This document shows, piece after piece, positions 44,001-53,206 of a DNA stretch of 64,000 bases (positions are counted from its first letter, which is position 1; every line of letters starts with the position of its first letter). This DNA comes from Epithemia pelagica (lineage: Eukaryota > Protista > Bacillariophyta). The stretch is from the NCBI GenBank assembly GCA_946965045.2, contig OX337228.1:1550001-1614000 (forward strand), written 5' to 3'. The translations under genes were made by a program, and so were the position numbers. The notes beneath the pieces were generated by a model, which saw nothing but the letters and a program-made list of their open reading frames with translations, was not told the origin of the DNA and did no database searches.

Positions 44001-45413
44001 TTGTGGTTGCCAATGACGCATCATTTCGGGGGTCGCAAACAAGGTCAGACCGGGTCCCCAGGAGGATTGGTCCAAGGACATTGTATGGAGTGATTGAGAG
44101 TGTACTGGTGTATCCGTGTCAGTCAGGGTCACGCCCCAAAAGGACAAGCTAGTTGGTTCGTGGTTGTTGTGGCTGGTCGCATCACCACCACCACCATTGG
44201 TAACGAGCATGTAGTGGAAGGAGGAGGAGGAGCTCGTGGTTACGTTCCAGGCTGTGACTCCCAAAATGGGACCCGAGTGCTCGATCACCACGACGGAATG
44301 GGACGAGGAGGAGGAGGCTAGGTTGACCATTCCTGTCGCATAGGAGGGAGGAGTTGCCCCTGCCTTGTGGTGGGTACGACGACGAGAAGTTGGTGATCCT
44401 CCTTGTAGCAGAAGGGACGAAACAGGAATGAATTCCAGGGATCCACCCAAACGAGTAATGCACAAAACGGTTGAGGACTCCAACTGCAGGGGCACGAGAC
44501 TGGTCACCAGCAACTGGGAGGACCAATCCTGTGGGGAATGCTGCGCTGCCGTGGCAATGGCTTGCCATCCAATGTTGTGGTTGTCGGGTTGGATTCGACG
44601 ATAGAATTGAACGACGCCATCGTAGAGTCCCCAGGACACAGCCAAGAGTACGTCATCCTCACTACTACTTCCAGTGTCCAGAATGACTCCCCGCGCGTAT
44701 TCGAGACGAAACCATAGACCTTGTTGTGTCACATGGTCGTTCAAGGCGTGACAATCCGAAGTCCAGAGGGGGGCCGTCGAATCAAGGTGGTTGTGGTTGT
44801 TGTTGTTGTGATTGGACGAGGGAGCCATCCAAACTTGTCCCAAACCCACCAAGGCGACAAAGCCAGGATGAGTGGTTGTGGAGGACGACGACGACGACAA
44901 AGGACGACAGGGATTGAGCGCTCGCAACGATTGGGAGGCCCAACAGAAGCGTGCCAAGGCGTGAGCTTCTTGGGGTATGATTCTCATGGACTCATCGGAG
45001 AATGTTTGAGTTCCACCCCACAACAAGGATTCATCGTCGTTGTTACGATTCTCCACAGCCAAAGCAATGGTTGGATCCACAGCCTCTTGGAGGGTTGGTT
45101 CGTGTTGGTGTGGTTCTTGTTGTTTGGATCCAAACAAGGAATTCCAGACACTCCAAGAACGACCGCTTCGTGTGGTTGCCTCTGAGCCTTCCAAAGATGG
45201 TGATTGATTCAGCGCCTGAAACGCTGGATGAGGATACAAGGCGGCATAATATTCATAAATGTCTTGAATTTCTTGTCGAAGAAGAATAGATTCGTCGTTC
45301 TTTTGGTTTTCGTTGTCCTTTTCCGTCGTCGTACCTTCTTCCATCCAAAGGGGGACCAACGCCCAGTATGACGACGACGACGAAGCCGACGTAGAATCGT
45401 TGGTTGCTTCCAT
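38070..45413 (-). CDS. NBAS/Sec39-like ER tethering protein with added UBA domain and repetitive C-terminal tail
   Basis: Propeller-like N-third, then LAEAGNMTGLSLLLFRHW...WLQQIPPTLPVSDYEHCLP, resembling the NBAS Sec39 segment; helical middle. Frame is open to 45737; the start at MEATND (45413) is a guess. Confidence 0.7.
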   Translation of the reverse strand: MEATNDSTSASSSSSYWALVPLWMEEGTTTEKDNENQKNDESILLRQEIQDIYEYYAALYPHPAFQALNQSPSLEGSEATTRSGRSWSVWNSLFGSKQQEPHQHEPTLQEAVDPTIALAVENRNNDDESLLWGGTQTFSDESMRIIPQEAHALARFCWASQSLRALNPCRPLSSSSSSTTTHPGFVALVGLGQVWMAPSSNHNNNNHNHLDSTAPLWTSDCHALNDHVTQQGLWFRLEYARGVILDTGSSSEDDVLLAVSWGLYDGVVQFYRRIQPDNHNIGWQAIATAAQHSPQDWSSQLLVTSLVPLQLESSTVLCITRLGGSLEFIPVSSLLLQGGSPTSRRRTHHKAGATPPSYATGMVNLASSSSSHSVVVIEHSGPILGVTAWNVTTSSSSSFHYMLVTNGGGGDATSHNNHEPTSLSFWGVTLTDTDTPVHSQSLHTMSLDQSSWGPGLTLFATPEMMRHWQPQLILPTGRSSGMEMQISTDEKEEHEQEEPPEEETLTDNDTTAVPTTLTVPMPIVDMQACRGSSSSDTTTSMNDYLLILQDAQGGITLMDCTSLVLEGNEQEVTTTTLVDRAQMQHVLCRATNSSTPCRVQAVQVVSTNLLANDDDNDMAIRPVLAVATQTHVVFCSLEHLLDNHSSPLSLPLGLSVPFQCWFHSNKANNGLEHLQLVFQDSMGLGVAGLQKQSPVDIVETLEQQGKWNEALEAARRLWDSRDQHASDETQSSRLVQITDRIHQQQWLQEGKFKALQSVRDDTFVVEQVLHVCGRTEASMRESPPLSLEEVLSILQLGLERLEQRTPCSEKEQEDLSHIRSLLILLGTYRLLGRLVGDHSDGVKEQEHTEESDRLSSIHFFSSFVPNFSVETLAGQLAEAGNMTGLSLLLFRHWGPLINSLDWLQQIPPTLPVSDYEHCLPVVRLQEEVGPTLWFLTPKQTERNEGPLPDMDFVEFENLPGFLLHMLGLQVVLDDHDKKTVMDSIHECIQWMDITAWNASLEQACISRTRCIHLFTGGVEYAIDFSRVALMALARDLGDNPHPSTGTETLVAVHERLQILRGMLNSQQLSGDVEKLLPTNLLILSADSLSDRNDLASLCSITLKGGLTMHDMLNVLDSIRPLILSACANMNGEKQQPAGNAIVSYCLDKMESVRPSTSSNDGRTVEWELMPCLNLCGAFAFLSRTSLHIQDRMITEKHLLVEFVVGVVRTVFRLLIQSVDLEKTHLSNVIDILWSLYESLPIEIATGDDETMYHSEEYEKDTLLANELRHILAALEISIAWQAQDAQIACLRSLTDDKDTNVTEKVVSSLCSSFCTQIMTPLPDHVATSELLHSLISDIQQLIGFFPSSSVDASGVVTRKLFIPLMKAGKMSVLATLANVGKGLYDESLASQAIISFTDDHIDSSREREPDIQAIAACWDALGKFFPHLESHFNKIQGYVDSAECLNNFPFRSRPIFTVSDVKEGDALEIIELLLNDCPESVVFESDEWADPLSAAILNNAIREITMDEHENQANRGEDNSHLPRLPGQAVFQLAEFLGLVHEKEVVAVKCRVAAHASKAGFHGASAALCRNLLLSDLMWSNNKDVASEKTVVHEISSIVRCSDYEDFTTKRELCGIVLSFPWKEGSVKISREYEQIFDAWASTEYSSFLSVDRESELRSLRNSILSHHSVDIVKLLDALSRHGGENRLDDDLLVSISRYIVSIYASGALDSDAMSSVRDDELSSLGRFCLSLMMQIGNEDTRKSVINEMLKIIEPELQNNDDPDQQQVDRVDEDIVNRLQQRGYSRNASVRAATNCPNASFNEALLWAVKHASEPDFNDPIVILKKPKKKTPLSNLNLFHKLLKNGVAPVQVDTSDFTLHSNHQHVMNNTNVETDLDGDIPRKGMRGEKVTDVFRMVSPRGLMRLETSDSTEIAAMRGTHRRERPLVAHTAAENPITQHPQHQGKDVPPRGVVRVDTMDSTELAIARGTPRHAIHQTESVQLDIHRPHLGPEHPVIGTSIEGANHTSPEPHRGLKRVDTADSTELAVARGAPLNTVHQSHYIEEQQSPHCKQSDDGSHRGLVRVDTADSTQLAVARGAIRHVHGHSNESEELGPNDENSHSAPQRGPEQTSTRSNRRAGRRPHHEVSEKDDKHTTLNQQSAQVISIPRGERSEKPKRPGGRRPHPISTDFGRVDEEKENGAGEPYAENQPQTTLTSQTSQSAQDKPSPVKSSTSTRRDPPMTHLEEDDGPLVAYGGNGESLVGKYLGSSISETLKRVSPIKLSPAERNSFRQRGQQFLHKTKGGDSPQKSERRRLIEQGRAYLVRARADAPTSVKTGNESVSATDSKAPNEARVTSIDKEAVLKGSWEKQATGTLSSVQVAGITNQGPTEALPITGKTPKPLFAGSLPRKVAGIHPGSQSSRTSSTRGPAGMDNDGPKNSSPMNMNDGLADVDSDDSGWDFEDDIDV

Positions 45414-45787
45414 GGAGCGAGGATCTCTAGAGCAACAGGACAACAACAAAACAAGAAGAAAAAGACTGAAAGTGTTGTGATGTCTTTGTGGGTCGATCCT
45501 GAAAGAAAGAGGGGCCAAATGTTGATCGCCAATACAGATTTTGGGGGCATAGGTTTGAAGCTGGGTAGTATCTTTGAATGGATCCAAAAGTACAACTATG
45601 ACCCAAAGAGAGCCATGCCGCACAGTGACGTGAGCATTCATCGAACGAGAACTATTCAGCGCTTGGAATTTACCGCTCTTCATTATGAATTTACTTCCGA
45701 CCAATGAGCACACGCTAAAGTTTCGGGAGACCACCACCGTAACAACGGCACCACACCATCCGTCACTTCGCCACCACCACCATGATC

Positions 45788-46777
45788 ATGATGAATTCGG
45801 TCTTGGCGCGTGTTGCCAGTCCTCTGGCCAATTCGGTGAGAACGGCCGCTTCACGACAACTTCCTGTTGTCTTGGGAAGCCATGGTAGGTTTTATACCTT
45901 GTAGGTGCTGTGTTCCGATTGCTCGTTGGTGATCGGCCGATGACGATGCGTTTGTTGAATGTTGCAGTTGCGGTGAGCGGTGGTTGTGATTCGGTGTTGG
46001 TCTCGTTTCCAAGTAGAGAAGTCTTTTGTGTCTAGGACGTGTGTATTTGTAGACAGAAGCATAGTCTCATGGGAATCTGTCCTTTTTATACACACAACAA
46101 CAACCACAAAATATCTAGCCGTCACTCGTTGGTCCAGTATCAATGCTGGTATTAAATCAGATTCCGAAGCTGTCTTGCCGAAATCTGTAACAGTTGCGGA
46201 ACCGGAACGTTTGCAAGATATGGGCAGTGTGGATCACGGCTATTATACCGATCGGGTTGACAAGGTGGTGGAACCGGAACGTCGAGCCTTTACCTACTTG
46301 CTCTTGTCGGCACCACACTTTATTTACGCCAGTTTCGCTCGATTTTTGGTGGTAAAATTCGTTGCTTCTGTTGGTTTGGCGGCCGATACTTTGGCCATGG
46401 CCTTTTCTGAATTCGAATTGTCGGACATGGAATACGGCAAGTCCTTGACGGTCACTTGGCGTGGCAAGCCCATGTTTATTCGTCGCCGAACACCCGAAGA
46501 AATTGAAACGGAACGAAATGTTCCCATGGAGCATTTGCGAGATCCCGAATTGGACGACGACCGTGTCTTGAATCCGGAATTCGTTGTGGTCTTGGCCATT
46601 TGTCCTCATTTGGGCTGTGTCCCCGTGGCCGATGCCGGAGACTACGGTGGATACTTCTGTCCCTGCCATGGAAGCCATTACGATACGGTCGGACGTATTC
46701 GCGCCGGACCTGCACCACTCAATTTGGAAGTACCACCTTACAAGTTTTTGGATGAAACCACCATTCAAGTGGGTTAA
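45788..46777 (+). CDS. UQCRFS1: Mitochondrial cytochrome bc1 Rieske iron-sulfur subunit, 2 exons
   Basis: Exons 45788-45884 and 46119-46777. RRAFTY, WRGKPMFIRRRT, CPHLGCVP, YFCPCHGSHYD..GRIR.GPAPLNLEVPPY; mitochondrial-type presequence. Confidence 0.95.
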
Positions 46778-46989
46778 ACATATCGAATTCCTAACGAAAT
46801 AGTGAGAGGAGACCGGTTATAGCATCGTTTTAGGAACATAGCAGCCTTTGTCTTTGATTCAGATCAAATTGGGCACCATCGTGAGAGAATATTATGCTTC
46901 AAAGTCTAAGTGTGAAGTTACGCTTTTTCCATCCCAACCGATCAGGATCGGCGAATAGCTTCACGAACTGACTCAAGATTGGGGGCCAG

Positions 46990-47430
46990 ACGAAGGACAG
47001 AGTGGAAGATCAGAATGACTTGGACTTTGAGTCTTCGCCACTTGCTACTTTTCTGGACGACATTCTTTCTTTGGTTACCGACATGGCTAAGGAACTTCAA
47101 GAAAGCGCCGACAAACGATCCCTTGCTGTCGGTCTCATGACTATTCATGCGTCAAAGGCATGGAGTTCGATCAGGTCTTCTTGGTTGGCAATGAAGAGGG
47201 ACGCTGCCAACGTCACTAGGGATAGCACAAGGCGAAGGGCCTGTCGCCTTGGAAGAAGAGCGACGGTTATGTTCTGTTGCCATGACTCGGGCGAAGACCG
47301 AGCTCTGTACGACGTTTTTTTACCAGCACTGGCGTGCAGACCAAGGAGGCTACTCGGAGTCGTTATCTGGATTTGCTATCATCAAAGACAAAGAAAGCGA
47401 ATGCTAGGGAGAAAAAGAAGAAACCCTCCA
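46990..47430 (+). pseudogene. Fragment of the C-terminus of a UvrD/PcrA-type SF1A helicase
   Basis: Across frameshifts: LATFLDDILSLVTD, motif V LMTIHASK/GMEFDQVFLVGNEEG/TLP, motif VI LEEERRLCSVAMTRAKTEL (47249-47305), then TRSRYLDLL. Confidence 0.88.
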
Positions 47431-47513
47431 AAGGTACCTCGCAACTTTCTCCAATACGTATGCATCTTCAGCAACCAATAGTTCCAAAACCAGTGCACTC
47501 GAAATATCCTAAT

Positions 47514-49307
47514 CTAGTGTTGCAGAGTACTCCTACTCCCAAAGCCTCCCAGAGTAAGTCGTTCTTGTTCAAAACTGCCGTTGTCTTGCTTGCTCAAGGC
47601 AACACCGAGATTACGCTCCATAGGAGGAATCGGCCAGCCAAAGTTGTAATAGTTTCTGTACACCGCAAATGCCTCCTGGTCCAACTTCCGTTTCAGTCCC
47701 ACAACTTCGTCATCTGTTTCCCCAACGAGTTCCATGTCCGCAGTCTCTGTCGTTGGCTCGTATTCATTCTTTCTTGATACCGACTGCCTCTTGCTCCTGG
47801 AATTTTGCTCCGCGTTTGCGTTGCTGTCCCGTTTCTGCTTTAGGAACTCGCCTGCAAAAGTCTCTTTTCCAACAGAAAACTTTGCAAAACTTTCTTCCGA
47901 AAAAGTTGAATCCGCACACAAAACATGAGACGACATGAGGTGCACCCAGGTAATAACCGCCACTATTCGCCCAGGCTCAACCTCCCGTCTCGACAAGTAT
48001 GCATTTCCACTCTCCGGAAAATGAATCAACACATACAGACTGCAGCAGTCTGATAGCAAAGAGAAAAGCACCTTTCGCGGTGTTCCCTTTGTTTTCAACT
48101 CAATCGAACGGGCGAGTGACGCCGCTAGTAGCTGTGACTTTGCTCGCCTTCCTCCGTGCTTTGGTTAAAATGCCACATCTTCATTTCAATGTGATAGTTG
48201 CAATACAAAAGTCGTTGGAGTTTTTCCTCTCCAGGGCTCAACTTTTCAGCCTCCTCCGAAGAGTCGGTTTTCTGTGAGTGTACCGACGCCACAGGAAACA
48301 TCGAAACAGCTAGATCTGACCTGATGGTCAGAGTCCTTCTAGAAGAATCAATGTGTCCCGTTGGCTGTCCTTTTGCTTCGGCCTGGGCAATCAGATATGC
48401 AGCGCACACCTCTACGATAACGAACATGTCTTTCATGCCGGTCACGTTGTCGATGATTGGTAGACTATTCGAGTTGGTGTCTTCAAGGTTGCTCAGCAGC
48501 ATCGATAAAAAGCGGTCAAAGAGATTCTGAGTTTCTGGCTCCAGAACGCTCTCCATTCGATTGAGAACACTTTGAACCATTTCCAATCTTGAAGCATGTA
48601 CAGGTAGTTTCGTCCGCACATCTTCACCAAGCTCAAGGTATTCGCAGAAGGTCTCGTCAACAGCAGCAGGATTACCGAGAGCATTCGCATCTGTATCGAG
48701 AAGATTCCCCCCAAACTGAAATCTGTAGCATTTGATCTTCGTGCTACCTTCATCGAACATCATGAAGTGGACATTCTTCCCCATGAGGTTTGGCACAACT
48801 GTCGTCGTACTATAAAGGTTCGAGGGTGTCAAACTCCCGCATGATTTTTCGAGCCTACCATTGGGTCCAGCATAGTTCCACGGATCAAGTCGTTTTCTGC
48901 TCGAAGGCAGTGAAGAATCTCGCTGCACGCATGCTGCCATGTATCCATCAATCTCTTCCGACGAACTCTTCCGACGAAGCGTCAGGAGGGACGCTCTTAA
49001 GCCAATTCAATGCTATCAACCGCAGCTCATCACAGCGTAATGCAAAGTAGTTTTTGAGGTCTTGAAGGACTTTCTGCATTTCTGGGCTTAATACACCATC
49101 ATTAGCATCAGAAAACTGTAATCGCAGTAATTCCCGGTTCGCAGCGTGTATTAGAGAGAAATCTAGCAGAGACACATGTTGCTTGACACCATCGTTCAAA
49201 GCTGCGTGCGCAAGTTTGACATCTTCGTCCAAGACACTCGCCAAAGAATGCTCATTCAAAGGTCTAGGACCCAGTTTGAAGAAGGCAGTTGCTTGAATGG
49301 AAGCCAT
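47514..49307 (-). pseudogene. Disrupted gene encoding a putative PD-(D/E)XK nuclease-fold protein
   Basis: Three ORFs (48948..49364, 48125..48940, 47514..48098) fuse after removing one copy of a 13-bp tandem duplication and adding 1 nt near 48160. Motif series EPETQ...RSDLAV...HIEMK...AKSQLLAAS...LFSLLSD. Confidence 0.55.
48953..48978. repeat. 13-bp perfect tandem duplication CTCTTCCGACGAA x2 causing a frameshift
   Basis: 48953-48965 is identical to 48966-48978; deleting one copy gives continuous DASSEEIDGYMA. Confidence 0.92.
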
Positions 49308-49725
49308 GAGCCATGGTGGACGTGATTGCACCAAAACAGAGAAAGCATGGCCTTCATACTGCATACGTCAAACTGATACATCCGGGTAAGAGGTCGCCGG
49401 CCCGCTTAAAAATGTGGCGGGCGCAATGAAAATTGGCAATCACTCCGCGCCCACATTTTTGTTTTTCGGCAATCCTTTCCAATTCCAAGCAATCGAGAAT
49501 GAGCGGCCGTGCTTGTGTCGACGAAGAGAGGGAGATGTTTTCACCCACACACATTTCTACAAACTAACCTACCTAGTTGCAATGCATCCACGAAGTAACG
49601 AATCCTCCGACCAAAACCAAATCACGGTGTGAAGACACGCAACGAACGGAACCATCTTCAAACCAGCAACCCGTCTCGTCATCATAAATTTGAACCAAAA
49701 GGTCCACAAGGCGGCTTGACTGAAG

Positions 49726-51531
49726 ATGAGGGTTGGCGTGTCCGTGTTGCGTGAAGGCTCGCTGTGCCTTCTACTGGTTGGCGTCGTGTGGTACCAAACG
49801 GTAACGTTGGTGGCGGCTCGTACCTGGAAGGATATCGAGCTTTTACATGGCTTGTCTCCTCCTCCCTTTAATGTCGACGTTTTGTTGGATCTCCAGACGG
49901 AGAAGGATCCATTGGATCCCTTTGTCTTTGTTCCCACGAGTGGTAAGCCTGTGGCGGCTCCCACCGCATCACCGGCCTTGCAACCGACACTGGTTCCCTC
50001 GACCAAGTACCCCACATGGCAACCTACGGACCGTCCCCAGGCACCTCCCACCAGGTTTCCCACTCAGTTTCCCACGTCCTTGGCACCCACATCACCCCAC
50101 CCCAGCTCACGTCCTTCCTCTCAACCTTCGGAGGAACCCGATCCCTATCCCTTTAACGAGCCACCCCTGTTTCCCAATCCCTGGTATTTTAACTATGACA
50201 CTCGTCCGAATGCCAGGTATGGGCCCGGTTACAATACCTTGAAATTCACAAATGCGGGCTTTTCTACACAGTATGAAAACAACCAATGGGCCAATAGCGA
50301 CCGCGTCGATGTGGCCTCGGACCCAGACTTTTATTGGACCGAGTTTGATTCCGAACAACAGGGAGGATCGGGACCATGGATGAATACCTTGGCCAATCAC
50401 TTGCCAACTCGGAATCAATGTGGTCGCGTTGGCTTACAATCTCCCATTAATGTGGAGCACAATGGATTGGGCGAATGCGAAGAGACACACGAAATCCGAT
50501 CTCGAGTACGTGGAAGAGAGTCTGCTCTTTGTTTGTTGTGAATACTGACACTATTTGTCTTACAACTTACAACGCTGTTTCTTGTTTGGTAGCCGGGTGA
50601 TTTCCGCTTGGCAAGCAGTAAGGTCAAAAAGGAGATTCAAAGCAATAAGCTACGGTTACGGTACCAACGACGTCCCTGTTCGAATCTGAATGCACCGGAA
50701 TGTCAAGAACCGGATCCCCCCATGGCCGATTTCCCCAATGGTTGGGGTGGATTTGCCGATGCCATGCATGTTGACTTCAAGGTTCCCAGTGAACACTTAT
50801 TGAATGGAGTCCGCTACGATGCTGAATTACAAGTCTTTCATTTGCACAAGAATCGTCGTCGCATGCCCTCGACAGCCACCTTGATTCGAGCCACAGCCGA
50901 TGGTTTTAATTGGTACTTTGACGAAGTCCTCCAAGCCTTTCAATTTGAATTTCATCGCGATGCATTGTTGTGTGCCTCCAAACAACGACGAGAACGAAAA
51001 TTGGTCCAAGACTTTTATCAACAAGTGCTGGTCGGTACAGAAACATCAACAGGCACCAACAATACCAACAATCGTCCCAGGACGACAGATTACACTTCGT
51101 GGGCACACTATTCAATTGAATCGGATGAGCCGGGGTATTACGACAATGTCAACAACAACAACAACAACCAAACGTCCTCCGGTCGTGGCGGCGGTTCGTT
51201 GCGGGGTGCTGCCTCCCATCGTGAATTGCAAACGGGTGTTTGGGATCCACATCATCCCATGGTGCAACCCAGTGTGTACTTTTACCGATACGAAGGATCC
51301 CTGACAGAGCCGCCCTGTTCGGAATGGGTGTCGTGGTTTGTAACCGATGTGCCCATGACCATTGGTCTTGAGCAATTGGAGCAATTGAAAAACATTTTGT
51401 TCAATCATATCGATCACAATTGTCGTCGGACCAGTGTCCATTACCAACACTCGGTCGCACGACCCATTCAAGAAACCATGAATCGACCAGTGACACTCTG
51501 TACCAGTTTGGATTTTGCGCCGGATCCCTAA
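49726..51531 (+). CDS. Secreted alpha-carbonic anhydrase-like protein with Pro/Thr-rich linker, 2 exons
   Basis: Intron 50506-50592. Signal peptide, PTxxP repeats, QSPINV, VPSEH, ELQVFH, YFYRYEGSLTEPPCSEWVSWFV. Confidence 0.9.
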
Positions 51532-51883
51532 TGCAAGAGGTGGTTTGATCCACACGGCAGCGTCCCACCTTTTGTTCCGATGGCCGTTTTGGGGGCTCGA
51601 GCTATGTTGCGAGTTGTGTTGTTTCGGCTCGAGGCCGTCTGCTCCTGGTGTGTTGCCAAGGTCCGTCACCTATACAAAGCCTATGTAGAAGAACGGTGAC
51701 ACACAAACACACACACTATATGAGCTCTTTTGCTTCTATTTGTGTAAATAGCCATATCGCTTTAACCAAAACGACAGCACAGAGATTCACAATCTCTGGC
51801 ATACAGATGCAGACGTTGCTCCTTCCATCCATGTTTGCATCTATTGTTGCATTCATGGGAACGCGCATGTTTGGGAACATGCT

Positions 51884-53206
51884 TTAGGACACGCATTCTT
51901 CGTATTCAATGTCGGTAATGTAGACATTGCCTTGGAGTGAGATGCAGGGAGTGGGATCGTGATATTTGCGACCCGAATTTTGTTTGGGCACCAAGCTCCA
52001 GTCCTCCGATTCGTCATTGAAATACTCCGAGGTGGAATTGCTGACATCGCCATAGTCGTCCACGTCTTGCGCATTTCCCACCACCTTCCAACTCCAAAAG
52101 GTATGACTGCCCGTTGTTTTGGTCCGATATTGTTTGAATTGGACCATGGTTCCTTCTTGATTGGACAATTTGTGATGAGGATGATTGGAGTTGGTATTGC
52201 CGACACTGCTGCTGCCATTGGTGTTGGTTGCAATACTACTGGAACCACCTTCGCACAATATTTGATGATTGCCGACATCCAGAGCACAGGAAAAGCTGTA
52301 GTGACCAATGCCACTGCTTCCCACTGTGGTTGTACGAGTAGGCGAATACCAACCAATCCGCAATTGACTAAAGCGACCAAAGACAACAGTAAAGGAGGCA
52401 ATGATGCGAGAATGCCCGACGGATTGCAAAGAAAAGGACATGAAACGGGGGCTGGAAATAGAATAGGGGAACCGATGGTGCCAGTTGTTATTGTTGTGAT
52501 TGGAATGGCGACTGTGACTGCTGCCATTCAAAGTACTGTTGCTCGTTGTCGGTGGGGAGGAAAGTGACCACGAGTTGGAGGGCGGTGATGAATGGGGATG
52601 GGAGATTTCGTATTCAATCGGTCCCTCATCAGAACAGGGCGTGATCTCAATCGTATAAAATTCCAACAGGGGTAAATGATAATACTCGAGAAGGTGATCA
52701 AAATCGGCCGAGGGGGCCGGTGGGGCTGGCGGTCTTCGTTGTCTGGTGGAAACCGAAAAGTGTGGTTGTTGTTGTTGCCATTGACTCTTTTTGCGCAAAA
52801 AGGAAATGAGACTTTGAAACAGTGGAGGGTCCCAATCGATAAAAATGTTGCCATGGCGATCCTTCTCCAAGGTATCATCCCATCGACCACTAAACTTGGC
52901 CGCCAACATGGAATCCGGAATGCATGTCAAGGTACGACGCAAGACGCAAATATCGGTGCATCCACCCACATTCAAGTGCAAGACGTCGCTCGGTGTCGCA
53001 CCGCCCAAAGCCTGGGTCAAGAGGGCCTCGCGCCGATTCAAGTCGCGTTCGCGATGATCCAAATCCTTGGCGCGTTTCTTGAGACGACGAATAAAGGATT
53101 CCAAACCTAAGGAGTCTTCTTCTGGCTGTTGGACTGGTTCATCCTTGTCGCTCTTGGGGGGAGAATCATCGTCCTGGGAAATGGAGGATGAACGAAAGGA
53201 AGACAT
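51884..53206 (-). CDS. BTB/POZ (KCTD-type T1) domain protein with N-terminal coiled coil
   Basis: VLHLNVGG...RRTLTCIPDSMLAAKFSGRWD...GNIFIDWDPPLFQSLISFLR. Confidence 0.88.
   Translation of the reverse strand: MSSFRSSSISQDDDSPPKSDKDEPVQQPEEDSLGLESFIRRLKKRAKDLDHRERDLNRREALLTQALGGATPSDVLHLNVGGCTDICVLRRTLTCIPDSMLAAKFSGRWDDTLEKDRHGNIFIDWDPPLFQSLISFLRKKSQWQQQQPHFSVSTRQRRPPAPPAPSADFDHLLEYYHLPLLEFYTIEITPCSDEGPIEYEISHPHSSPPSNSWSLSSPPTTSNSTLNGSSHSRHSNHNNNNWHHRFPYSISSPRFMSFSLQSVGHSRIIASFTVVFGRFSQLRIGWYSPTRTTTVGSSGIGHYSFSCALDVGNHQILCEGGSSSIATNTNGSSSVGNTNSNHPHHKLSNQEGTMVQFKQYRTKTTGSHTFWSWKVVGNAQDVDDYGDVSNSTSEYFNDESEDWSLVPKQNSGRKYHDPTPCISLQGNVYITDIEYEECVS

Noticed and set aside
13046-45413. Secretory-pathway gene cluster (GDP-sugar transporter, FGxF protein, NBAS)
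   Set aside because: Genes are far apart and interleaved with unrelated functions; no shared regulatory motif seen.
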